IMG/VR virus record: IMGVR_UViG_3300046806_000356
Span: 1-64,000 of that record
Direction: 5' to 3' (one strand)
Source: a virus
Length of the DNA stretch: 64,000 nt
Each line of letters begins with the position of its first letter. The stretch's first letter is position 1. Both the position numbers and the translations under genes were made by a program. The notes below the pieces were generated by a model. The model ran no database searches. It was not told the DNA's origin and saw only the letters and a list, made by a program, of their open reading frames with translations. Positions 47,585-56,196 of this stretch are shown here, piece by piece.

Positions 47585-47802
47585 TTGAAAATCCAGACGA
47601 AATTGTATTGGAAGATGTGAAGATGTTTCACTTGGAAAGTATGAATGAACGAGCACTATGGATTGGTGTTTATACTCAAAATGGTAAGACATATCACTTG
47701 AATATCAGTGGTGATGGTGATAAACTAACTTATTGGTGGAGTGATGAGACACCTGACGAACTGGCACAAGGACTTCCCAAAGTCCCACCAGATGCCCTAT
47801 AA
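47581..47802 (+). CDS. Hypothetical protein whose C-terminus is encoded by the promoter element
   Basis: ENPDEIV...FHLESM...; ends DELAQGLPKVPPDAL. Confidence 0.55.
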   Translation: MIENPDEIVLEDVKMFHLESMNERALWIGVYTQNGKTYHLNISGDGDKLTYWWSDETPDELAQGLPKVPPDAL

Positions 47803-47803
47803 T
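47746..47803 (+). promoter_or_regulatory. Repeated ACTGGCACA/TATAAT promoter element
   Basis: GAGACACC-TGACGA-ACTGGCACA-29-TATAAT; nearly identical to the 44618 copy. Confidence 0.8.
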
Positions 47804-47999
47804 ACATTCATACACACAAACGACTGATGACTTACTCAATCACAAAATCAATTTGTCTTCATAACAAAGAAGATGGATGGAAGTATGTCTTTACAACTGA
47901 TGAGTATGGAACTGTGAGTGTTGAAGGTGATAATGGATTAGGCATTCACATTCCCAAAGATTGTATTCAAAACTTTATTCGTGTTCTGGAACAACTGAA

Positions 48000-48233
48000 A
48001 TGACTAAAATCCCACTCAAAGCAATCACAATTACTTACACCCGAACTCTTACATTTACTCCCACACGGGATATATTTGAGGGAGAACCAGACCAAGAATC
48101 ATTTGAGAGTTATGCTCTTTGTGAATTATTTGATACGATTTATGAAGATGTATCACGAGACGGAGACCCTATGCCTTATACTGATATTCAGCAAGGAGAA
48201 ACCGTTGAGATTGATTGGGAGGATGAAGAATGA
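48000..48233 (+). CDS. Hypothetical acidic protein
   Basis: MTKIPLKAITITYTRT... Confidence 0.5.
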   Translation: MTKIPLKAITITYTRTLTFTPTRDIFEGEPDQESFESYALCELFDTIYEDVSRDGDPMPYTDIQQGETVEIDWEDEE

Positions 48234-48688
48234 TTGAAGATTTCAAAGTAAAATTGATTGGTAATTATTCTAACCAACAGCAAGCATTTAACAGTCCATC
48301 ACTTTGGGCACATATTCATATTAAATTTGAAGAACTTCCTGACGGAATGTTATACTCAAAGAGTTGGTATGATATTGATGGGGAAGAAAAACCTTATCGG
48401 GCAACAACATTGGAATTATCCGTGTCTGGTGAGAATGTTATTATGACACCTTATAATAATCTTACAAATACCAAATCTTGTGAGATTGTTTTTGAGTATG
48501 TAAATAACTCTTGGATTGGTATAAATGATAATTGTATCATACCCAAGAGAAATGCTTATGTCTCCACATTTTTGAAGTTTGATGGTATTAATTACTATTC
48601 CAGAGATGCTGGATATGATATAGATTCAAATGAATTTCTCTGGGGTAAAACAAAACAAGATGGTGAATTTCACTTTATAAAACTATGA
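48230..48688 (+). CDS. cpeT: CpeT/CpcT-like phycobiliprotein lyase
   Basis: G.YSNQQQAF.SP..WAHI...SKSWY...PYR...SRDAGYD....WG....F.F. Confidence 0.8.
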   Translation: MIEDFKVKLIGNYSNQQQAFNSPSLWAHIHIKFEELPDGMLYSKSWYDIDGEEKPYRATTLELSVSGENVIMTPYNNLTNTKSCEIVFEYVNNSWIGINDNCIIPKRNAYVSTFLKFDGINYYSRDAGYDIDSNEFLWGKTKQDGEFHFIKL

Positions 48689-48814
48689 TTTACGAAATAA
48701 AAAAACAAGCAATTGATGAGTATCGTATAGATACGATTGAGGAACGACTTACTCGTATTGAAGATAAAGTTGATTTACTCATTACTCAACTTAAAATAGA
48801 GTTTTATAAGAAGA

Positions 48815-49048
48815 ATGACTAACGAACAAATACTTGAACTTGCTAAAACCTGTGGATTTGGAACATACACAGATGATGATGGAACACCATCCGATTACTT
48901 TGATTGTTATGCTGAACAACTCTTGAAGTTTGCCCAAAAAATGTATATAAAGGGTTATATTAAGGGAAAAGATGAGGGTTATGAAGAAGGTTGGAAAAGT
49001 TGTGATGTAAGCACCAAAATGAATACTTGGAGTTCTGATTATGACTAA
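48815..49048 (+). CDS. Hypothetical protein
   Basis: MTNEQILELAKTCGF...LLKFAQ. Confidence 0.6.
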   Translation: MTNEQILELAKTCGFGTYTDDDGTPSDYFDCYAEQLLKFAQKMYIKGYIKGKDEGYEEGWKSCDVSTKMNTWSSDYD

Positions 49049-49262
49049 CGAACAAAAACTCACACTTCTCCTCAAGGTTCTCAAAGATTACGCAGAACAA
49101 AAACACTGCTATGATAGAGAGGAGGACTCGTATGAGTACCCTCAGCAAAAGTGGGATGTCTTTGATGATGGTGCTGATTATGGTGAAATACTCTTTGCCC
49201 GCACTCTATTAGAACAAATCGGTGAAAACTTTGAATATCCTTGTATGAGGGAAGAAGAATGA
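49041..49262 (+). CDS. Hypothetical protein
   Basis: Coupled ORF. Confidence 0.6.
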   Translation: MTNEQKLTLLLKVLKDYAEQKHCYDREEDSYEYPQQKWDVFDDGADYGEILFARTLLEQIGENFEYPCMREEE

Positions 49263-49831
49263 CTGAACACAATCTACCAGAAAACGATGATGCTCCATGG
49301 TTAAATCTCACACCACAAGAAGTAGAAGAACTGCGATATAATAAGCAAAAATTAACAGAGTATGGTAGGGAGAAAATACGAGCACTTATGCTAAAATCAC
49401 AAATGACTGAAGACATACAACAAGCAAACGGAGATTTTATAAAGAACTATCCAGATGTAACTCGTGTTGAAGTTATTGGTAATGATGGACGAGAGTTTGT
49501 TCATTATGGGTGCTCTAATGTTAAGGTAAGTTTGCAGGACGACGGTAGAACAATCAAGGTATTTCTATACACTATGTTTCAACAAAAAGAACCAAAACCT
49601 ATGGATGATGTTATTGATAGGTTGGTAGAGAAATATAAATCTCAAAAACTTTGGAATATGGTAAGAAATGAACTTGGATATTCTATTGATTGTTGTGATG
49701 AGATTGTGGATTTGGTAGAGAGATGGCTTCCTGAAGAACAATCTGCGGAAGGAAGTCAGAATGTAGATACTGAATTACTTGTAGATGGTTTTAATGATGC
49801 AATACAAAAAATGAAGGAGATGTTGCGATGA
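49259..49831 (+). CDS. Hypothetical protein, apparently a fusion of 2-3 small phage ORFs
   Basis: MTEHNLP...; VTRVEVI...SLQDDGRTIKVF; ...WLPEEQSAEGSQ. Confidence 0.55.
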   Translation: MTEHNLPENDDAPWLNLTPQEVEELRYNKQKLTEYGREKIRALMLKSQMTEDIQQANGDFIKNYPDVTRVEVIGNDGREFVHYGCSNVKVSLQDDGRTIKVFLYTMFQQKEPKPMDDVIDRLVEKYKSQKLWNMVRNELGYSIDCCDEIVDLVERWLPEEQSAEGSQNVDTELLVDGFNDAIQKMKEMLR

Positions 49832-50019
49832 CTATTAGAGCAGAGCAAATCGTGAATGCTACTCTTGAACTTACTCTCCGTCCTCAAAGTGAAGACAGAA
49901 AGAAAGTTGTTGCCTGTGTGATTAGGGAGGTTGCTGATAGACTTTGCACGGATTTAGGGGAGATGGAATGTCCTATAGATAAGTTGCGACAAATTGCGGA
50001 TGAAGTAGAGGCACTCTAA
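49828..50019 (+). CDS. Hypothetical protein
   Basis: Coupled ORF. Confidence 0.55.
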   Translation: MTIRAEQIVNATLELTLRPQSEDRKKVVACVIREVADRLCTDLGEMECPIDKLRQIADEVEAL

Positions 50020-50723
50020 TGACTTACGATACTGTTTTTATTTCTGATGTTCATTTAGGAACTGAAAGATGTAATACTCAAAAACTACTCAAGTTTCTCA
50101 AAGAACTCAAAACTAAAAAACTTGTGATGGTTGGAGACATCATAGACATCTATTGTATGGAGAAATACAATACCAGATGGAAACGAGAGCATACTGAATG
50201 TGTTCACGCACTTTTAGATTTGTGTAAGAAAGGCACAGAAGTTGTTTATGTTCTTGGTAATCACGAAGGGGCTATCAGAAGATATTGCACCTTTGAACAC
50301 AAGAACTTTATGATGTGCGATGAGTATGTTCATAGGGATAAACAAGGTGGAAAGTATCTCTGCACTCATGGAGATAAGCACTCGGAGTTTTCTTCTGGTT
50401 CTTGGAAGCAACTGATGTTTAATAAAGGTTATGAGGTTATCACACCTATGAGTATTTGGTTGGAAAGGTTCTTTCGGTTCTCTTTGGTGTATTCTCTCAA
50501 AAATAGTGTAAGAGGAAAGAGTTATATTGATAAGTATGAGAATGATATTATTGGGTATTGCATTCAGCAAGATAAGAAGTATGATGGTATTATCTGTGGG
50601 CACATTCATCACGGAAACATTCGTCAGTTTGGTAAAATGACTTATATGTGTTGCGGAGATTTCGTTGATACCTGTTCTGCGATTACTGAGAAGAATGGTG
50701 TTTATTGTTTGGAGAAATACTGA
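50019..50723 (+). CDS. Calcineurin-like metallophosphoesterase (LpxH/UDP-diacylglucosamine hydrolase-like)
   Basis: SDVHLG, GDIID, GNHE, HGD, GHIH. Confidence 0.9.
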   Translation: MTYDTVFISDVHLGTERCNTQKLLKFLKELKTKKLVMVGDIIDIYCMEKYNTRWKREHTECVHALLDLCKKGTEVVYVLGNHEGAIRRYCTFEHKNFMMCDEYVHRDKQGGKYLCTHGDKHSEFSSGSWKQLMFNKGYEVITPMSIWLERFFRFSLVYSLKNSVRGKSYIDKYENDIIGYCIQQDKKYDGIICGHIHHGNIRQFGKMTYMCCGDFVDTCSAITEKNGVYCLEKY

Positions 50724-50980
50724 TGACTGACGAACAATTCCTAAAACAAACAGCAACCAAAGTTGCAAATATTCTTCATATGCCTTTGGGTGACATTGAA
50801 CCAATAAAACTGATACAAATGGTTGTGTGTTTGGATATTCTTTTGGGTGGTGATAAAGAACTTATGATACACTGGGTAAATACTCATAATAAACACTTGG
50901 GATACTGTCCTGGTGCTCACTTGACGGATGCTCGTATGGATGATACAATAAGGTATCTTGACGCAATGGTGGAGCACTGA
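50723..50980 (+). CDS. MbcA/ParS/Xre antitoxin C-terminal-like domain protein
   Basis: LLGGD.E....WVNT.N..LGY.P...L.......IRYLDAM. Confidence 0.55.
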   Translation: MTDEQFLKQTATKVANILHMPLGDIEPIKLIQMVVCLDILLGGDKELMIHWVNTHNKHLGYCPGAHLTDARMDDTIRYLDAMVEH

Positions 50981-51131
50981 TGTCAAAGTATGGTGTGGTT
51001 CTTTCAAGTCTTGTGGATGGTGCGACTGTGAGTATTCAAATTTTAGTTGAAAGTGAGATGAGTGCTTCTCAACTTACAACTTATTATAAGTGTAAATCCA
51101 TTACCATTAGTGATGTTTATGTGGAGCAACT

Positions 51132-51524
51132 ATGATTTCTAAACCAGTATTAGCAACAGACAAACAGAAAACCACACTCAACTGGTGGGAGTATCATATC
51201 GGGCACTGCTGGATGACTGGATGGCAGACTATTGGTTCTGCGTTCCGTATCTGGGCAGACTTGATGGGTAGCAATTATGAAGTTTATGCACTACCAAGAA
51301 CAGCAGAAGACCCAGAAGCAGAATGTATTGAATGGTTCTGGGCAACTCTTGGAGAAGATGAAGTTTATCCCAAAGAGTTTCTTGAATATCTTATGCAAAT
51401 GGCAGATGATGTAATGACTGGGAAGGTGAAGACATATCCTATGGAAGATGTACTGGCAGAACTAAAAGACCTTATTGGTGATGTGGAGTTAGACGACGGA
51501 CCACTTGACGAACTGGCACAGTAA
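51132..51524 (+). CDS. Cyanophage hypothetical protein
   Basis: WWEYHIGHCWMTGW...EWFW...KEFLEYL. Confidence 0.65.
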   Translation: MISKPVLATDKQKTTLNWWEYHIGHCWMTGWQTIGSAFRIWADLMGSNYEVYALPRTAEDPEAECIEWFWATLGEDEVYPKEFLEYLMQMADDVMTGKVKTYPMEDVLAELKDLIGDVELDDGPLDELAQ

Positions 51525-51554
51525 ACGGGCACGGGTCGTAGAACCTGCTATAAT
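51498..51554 (+). promoter_or_regulatory. Repeated ACTGGCACA/TATAAT promoter element
   Basis: GGACCACT-TGACGA-ACTGGCACA-28-TATAAT. Confidence 0.75.
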
Positions 51555-51576
51555 AAGAGGACACAAGCAAAGGCAA

Positions 51577-51840
51577 ATGCTTACTTCAAATCTTTCTAAA
51601 ATCAAACCTAAACTTCGCACACAAGGCAATGTAACAGGAAATTTTGGAAGACCAAAAGCAAAAGCAGGTTCTTCTATGCGTGATATTGGAATTACAAACG
51701 CAAAAGTCGTGAATGTCGTAAAGCAAGAAGATTACTTGAAACGATTGTATGCTGCTTTTGAAAATACAAATGATGAGAAATTGAAACAGTTTATTTACAT
51801 TGAAATCAAAAAGATTATGATTCAACGAGGTGAATGGTAA
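51577..51840 (+). CDS. Basic hypothetical protein
   Basis: SNLSKIKPKLRTQG.VTGNFG. Confidence 0.6.
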   Translation: MLTSNLSKIKPKLRTQGNVTGNFGRPKAKAGSSMRDIGITNAKVVNVVKQEDYLKRLYAAFENTNDEKLKQFIYIEIKKIMIQRGEW

Positions 51841-52526
51841 TGGAATTTAATATTAATAATATACAGAATGGTAATGACCCCTTTAATTATTGGGTAATTG
51901 ATAATTTTCTTGATCTTGAAGATGCTAAAAAATTGAGTAAAGAATTTATTGATTATAATAGTAAAGATGATTTAGTTTATTATCGTGATTGGACTGCTGA
52001 AAAAAAGTCATGTAATAATTGGAATAGATTTCCTCCATTAACATATAAAACTTTTTATAATTTATTGTCCTATAAGTTTTGTGAAACACTTACTAGTATA
52101 ACAGGGCACAACTCTTTATACCCTGACATAGGACTTCATGGTGGAGGTTGGCACATGCACGTTAGTGGTGGAAACCTTGCCTTGCATTTAGATTATTGTA
52201 TTCATCCAAAATTAAATCTTCAAAGAAAGTTGAATTTAATAATTTATCTTGAGGAAGACTATGACCCATGTTGGGGTGGTAATCTTGAATTTTGGTCTCA
52301 TAATGATAAAAAAAATGCACCACATGAGAAAATAAAAACAATTGAACCTCTCTTTAATAGAGCAGTAATATTTGATACATCACAAAATTCTTGGCATGGA
52401 TTTGTAAATCCAATAAATTGCCCAGAAGGAAAAATGAGAAAGAGTATTGCAGTTTATTATTTGACTGATATTGAGTCAAATTCTGTTGAAAGATATAAGG
52501 CTTCATTTGTTAATTTGGACACTTAA
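51840..52526 (+). CDS. 2OG-Fe(II) oxygenase
   Basis: LHGGG.H...LHLD...LNLIIYL...WGG.LE...PLFNRAVIF...WHG...RKS. Confidence 0.9.
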   Translation: MEFNINNIQNGNDPFNYWVIDNFLDLEDAKKLSKEFIDYNSKDDLVYYRDWTAEKKSCNNWNRFPPLTYKTFYNLLSYKFCETLTSITGHNSLYPDIGLHGGGWHMHVSGGNLALHLDYCIHPKLNLQRKLNLIIYLEEDYDPCWGGNLEFWSHNDKKNAPHEKIKTIEPLFNRAVIFDTSQNSWHGFVNPINCPEGKMRKSIAVYYLTDIESNSVERYKASFVNLDT

Positions 52527-52697
52527 TTAAATTAAAAATGGTAATGGAACATCCGCACACAAAACTAGAACGCATTTGTAAGGAATTGAAAGAGATTGTA
52601 AAATCTGAAAACTCACTTCATATGATGGATATGAACCTCAATTCAAGTGATGTAGATACACTTGATGAGGTTATGAAAGAATTGAAAGGTGATGACG

Positions 52698-53060
52698 ATG
52701 AGTGATAATTACTTGACCCACGAAGAAATGTTAGAAATTGCATCACAAAGAGAAGCAAAGAACTCTCAAGAATTTGAAATTGATGCTGATGGATTAGAAG
52801 ATTGGTTAGGTGAAGCACCTGCACCAGATAAACTTGAATACCTGGAACAACGAAATAATCGTCGTATTGAGATTAAGAAGCAGTTTGATGTCTGGTTTGA
52901 GGAGATGGAAGGATACTCTTTCCGGTATGAAAGGTTCTGGGATGACTTTGATTATGCAAAAGAGTCCAAAGACAACAAAAGTATGGTAAGATGGTTACGA
53001 ACCGCATTTGAGATGGGTTATTATGCTTCTGAATCAAAACTTTATGGAGGAACAGACTAA
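52698..53060 (+). CDS. Hypothetical protein
   Basis: FDVWF.E.EGYS.R.ERF...WLRTAF. Confidence 0.6.
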   Translation: MSDNYLTHEEMLEIASQREAKNSQEFEIDADGLEDWLGEAPAPDKLEYLEQRNNRRIEIKKQFDVWFEEMEGYSFRYERFWDDFDYAKESKDNKSMVRWLRTAFEMGYYASESKLYGGTD

Positions 53061-53239
53061 TGCCTAAAGATGAAGAATTTCCTTACGATCAGTTTCCTTG
53101 GAAGTTGATGCATAAAGATGGTAAGGATGGTAAAGAGACACGCAAGTGTTACTTTCAATCTGAAGAGCACATGAAGAAGCACATTACACGATACAATCTC
53201 AAAAAGAAAGACTACACTATTGGTTATAAGTATGAGTGA
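53060..53239 (+). CDS. Small cyanophage hypothetical protein
   Basis: FPW.L....KCYFQSEEH..KHI.RY. Confidence 0.6.
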   Translation: MPKDEEFPYDQFPWKLMHKDGKDGKETRKCYFQSEEHMKKHITRYNLKKKDYTIGYKYE

Positions 53240-53368
53240 CACCGATCCTACTGCACCTTGGTATGAGTTTCTATCATATTGTAGATGTTGCGATAGTTTA
53301 AATAGACCAGTAAGAATTGGTGGATTTATGAGATACCAAGCATATCTTAGAGAAATCGGAGTAGTCTA

Positions 53369-53593
53369 ATGTTTAACTGGTTTAACAGAGTTGTTGAAGA
53401 TTATGATGTAGAAGATGTAGATGAAAGTCTTCTTGATATAATTGCTGACTTAGAACTGAGAGTTTTAAAGTTAGAAGAGGAAAATGTAGAACTTACAAAT
53501 TGTTTGTATGAAGTTGAAAACAGACTACAAGCACAGATTGACAATATTCATCCAGTCACTTATAATTTACAAGACTATGGACTTGAAAAATAA
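53369..53593 (+). CDS. Coiled-coil hypothetical protein
   Basis: LEEENVELTN.LYE.ENRLQ. Confidence 0.6.
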   Translation: MFNWFNRVVEDYDVEDVDESLLDIIADLELRVLKLEEENVELTNCLYEVENRLQAQIDNIHPVTYNLQDYGLEK

Positions 53594-53781
53594 TGTATGA
53601 AAATCTTTCGGCGTATGAACGCTCACTTGCACGGTTTGGTGATAAATGTGCCCTCATTGCAGGACTTGAAATCACAGATAAAATCACTCCAGAACAAGCA
53701 TATCAGGAAATCAAGGAACTTTACAGAGAACTTAAGAAACTTCGCAAACAAGAAAAAGATGAATGGGAAGTAGAAGTATGA
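53593..53781 (+). CDS. Cyanophage/cyanobacterial-type hypothetical protein
   Basis: FGDK...I.GLE...KI.PEQAYQEIK. Confidence 0.6.
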   Translation: MYENLSAYERSLARFGDKCALIAGLEITDKITPEQAYQEIKELYRELKKLRKQEKDEWEVEV

Positions 53782-53934
53782 CAGAAGACTCACTTAAGAT
53801 CACAGAGAATGCTGATGGCACATTCACCATGGATTGGGACAAGCAAGACCCAAAATGGTCCTGGTTGAATGGGTTGACATCCAAGGAGATTCAGGTTATT
53901 ATGGAACAAGCAATTAAAGAGGAACTTCAAAATC

Positions 53935-54489
53935 ATGACTGACTACAAAAAATACTCACTTGGACAAGTTGAGAACTTTCTGTACGATGCGATGAGTTCT
54001 GGTGCAACACCACAGGAAATCTATGATACCATTAGAGGTGTTGTTGAGGACAACTATTATACCTATAAGAAATCAACATCGGAAGCATATGAACTTCTTG
54101 CTCTATTGAATGGTAATGGTGTTGGGCATATTACAAACTATGATGATAGGGAACTGATGCCCGATCTTCAATACACAGAAGAAGAATTGAATGCAATGTG
54201 TGATGCAGCCGAAGCAAAAGACAAAGTGAATAAGTGGATTATTCCTGTTGATGATGACTACAACATCACATTCCCAGAAGATCTTCTGGAGCAAACTGGT
54301 TGGAAAGAAGGAGATGTTCTTGAATGGATTGATCAAGGCGATGGTTCGTTTAAACTGATTAAAAAGGAAAAAAAAGAACATCCATCTTGGGAAAAAGGTA
54401 ATGAACTTGCAAAAGTTAAAACCTACCAAGAAATGATTGATGATGGTTGGACTATGACTGATGATGGATTTTGGATTAAGGAGAATTAA
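53935..54489 (+). CDS. Hypothetical protein with AbrB/MazE-like domain
   Basis: ITFPEDLLEQTGWKEGDVLEW.DQGDGSF.L. Confidence 0.6.
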   Translation: MTDYKKYSLGQVENFLYDAMSSGATPQEIYDTIRGVVEDNYYTYKKSTSEAYELLALLNGNGVGHITNYDDRELMPDLQYTEEELNAMCDAAEAKDKVNKWIIPVDDDYNITFPEDLLEQTGWKEGDVLEWIDQGDGSFKLIKKEKKEHPSWEKGNELAKVKTYQEMIDDGWTMTDDGFWIKEN

Positions 54490-54491
54490 AA

Positions 54492-54719
54492 ATGGCACTT
54501 GGAACACAAGTAGAAGAATCACTGAAAGAAGCAGAAGCAAGTCTCAGGAATGCATTGTCTTATGCAGCAAGAACTGAACGACCTATGGTTTGTAGTGTAA
54601 TTGCTGATTTGATTCATCGTATTGAATCTGTGATGAGTACTGATTCTTTGTTGGATAAACTTGAATCACGCAGACCAGGAAGCAGTGGAGACTTTGGAGT
54701 GTTTTTCAACAATGACTGA
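54492..54719 (+). CDS. Hypothetical protein
   Basis: SL.EAE.SLRNAL.YAAR.ERP. Confidence 0.65.
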   Translation: MALGTQVEESLKEAEASLRNALSYAARTERPMVCSVIADLIHRIESVMSTDSLLDKLESRRPGSSGDFGVFFNND

Positions 54720-55083
54720 AGAAGCAAAAAAACCTAATAAGTTTGGGGAAGCACTGCAAGAATGGTGGGATTCTGAAGCATGTAAAAAACTACAAGAAGA
54801 ATCGAAACGATCAGTTCAACTTGCGGTAGGAAAATATCATATTCTTCCTCCTAAGGATAAGTATGATATGGTTCAGGCAATCTGCTATATTATGTGTAAA
54901 GCAGAGAAAGAAGGAATTTCTCACAGGGGATTGATGGATGAACTTGGAATCTATCCCGAAGCATTTTGGATTACTGAACTTATGGATGTTCATAATGCAT
55001 TGTGGTCTGAATTTAACAAACGCAAGAATGATGCGGAGTTGGACCGAGAAATCAAGATGTTACAAGAATTTTCTGAAACCTGA
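54712..55083 (+). CDS. Hypothetical protein
   Basis: Coupled ORF. Confidence 0.55.
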   Translation: MTEEAKKPNKFGEALQEWWDSEACKKLQEESKRSVQLAVGKYHILPPKDKYDMVQAICYIMCKAEKEGISHRGLMDELGIYPEAFWITELMDVHNALWSEFNKRKNDAELDREIKMLQEFSET

Positions 55084-55150
55084 AGAGATCGTTAAGTTTC
55101 TACATAATAATGAAGATAAGTGTTAGAATCAACACAATCGCATTGAAATC

Positions 55151-55348
55151 ATGACTCTCTCCAGAACAAGTACGGAAGAACTTACAACAGAAGAATGGAA
55201 TGAGTTAAATGCTCTCAAAAAAGCCATTAACTACGATCCACACACTGTAGCACCCGAAAAGATGGAGAAATTTACCGAACTTATGGTTAGATCTCTTGAA
55301 GGCAAGGGTGATCCTGTGTCAGTACAAACGAAACCAACCAACTATTAA
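55151..55348 (+). CDS. Hypothetical protein
   Basis: EW.EL.ALK.AI..DP.TV.PEKME.F. Confidence 0.6.
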   Translation: MTLSRTSTEELTTEEWNELNALKKAINYDPHTVAPEKMEKFTELMVRSLEGKGDPVSVQTKPTNY

Positions 55349-55376
55349 ATAAATATTACGATATTTTAACAGTCTT

Positions 55377-55589
55377 ATGGGAACCATAGACCAACATATT
55401 CAAAAAGATGTTGAGATCTTAAATGATCCAACAACATCATCTCAGTCAAGAAGACATATAGAAGAAGAATTAGCAGCACTGAAATCATATAAAGCAAATC
55501 ATCCTGAAGACTCACACGATCCAACAACACTGGAACTGTACTGTGATGCCAATCCTCATGCACGAGAGTGTAGAGTGTATGAAGACTGA
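55377..55589 (+). CDS. cp12: CP12 Calvin-cycle regulator (auxiliary metabolic gene)
   Basis: C-terminal LELYCDANPHARECRVYED; TAAATA upstream. Confidence 0.9.
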   Translation: MGTIDQHIQKDVEILNDPTTSSQSRRHIEEELAALKSYKANHPEDSHDPTTLELYCDANPHARECRVYED

Positions 55590-55646
55590 GGACAATTTTT
55601 AAAGTGGCACACCGGGACACCTATGACCCTTTGAATGCATTATAAT
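55589..55646 (+). promoter_or_regulatory. Repeated AGTGGCACA/TATAAT promoter element
   Basis: AGGACAAT-TTTTAA-AGTGGCACA-29-TATAAT. Confidence 0.7.
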
Positions 55647-55668
55647 ATATTTTGATTCACAATTTATT

Positions 55669-56196
55669 ATGACTATTCTCCCATACATTGGTTCAGTCAT
55701 TAATCTTGCCAATGGATTTTCGCAAGCAACCAGACCCAAGCACGTGGGTCAAATGAGTGATTTAATTCAAGAATATCGCAATTCTACTTGTACTCTCAGT
55801 GAAGATGGTTGGAGGCAATTTTATTGTGAAAAAATTGGTTCAGATAAAATAAAAAATGCTTCCAATAAAAGTTGGGAATGCATTCAACGTATAAGGGAAA
55901 ACCTGAACAGTTTAACTCATGAGGATGTATATAACTGGGTAGACGATCTTATCATTACTAAAACCTTTTCTGGGTTACAACTTCAACTTGACATTTTGGA
56001 AATGGTATGCGATAATGATAATTATCGTCTTGCTACTCCTGAAGAAGAATCACAGGGTATTGATGGATTTGTAAATGGGGAACCAGTTTCAATTAAACCC
56101 AATACTTACAAAAAAACAATTGAGTATGGCAAAGAAAATATAGAGTATCGCATCATTTATTATAAACAAACTAATAAAGGTCTTGTAGTTGTATGA
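55669..56196 (+). CDS. Type II restriction endonuclease, MjaI-family-like
   Basis: QATRPK.VGQMSDLIQE...KTF.G...YRLATPEEESQGIDGF....VSIKP.TY. Confidence 0.75.
   Translation: MTILPYIGSVINLANGFSQATRPKHVGQMSDLIQEYRNSTCTLSEDGWRQFYCEKIGSDKIKNASNKSWECIQRIRENLNSLTHEDVYNWVDDLIITKTFSGLQLQLDILEMVCDNDNYRLATPEEESQGIDGFVNGEPVSIKPNTYKKTIEYGKENIEYRIIYYKQTNKGLVVV

Noticed and set aside
50214-50804. 196-aa minus-strand ORF (and similar ones at 56723..57277, 38142..38618)
   Set aside because: Antisense to well-supported + strand genes and lacking recognisable motifs
55669-56196. Assigning CTAG specificity from the MjaI resemblance
   Set aside because: Family resemblance does not fix specificity; CTAG sites occur in the window and no count was made
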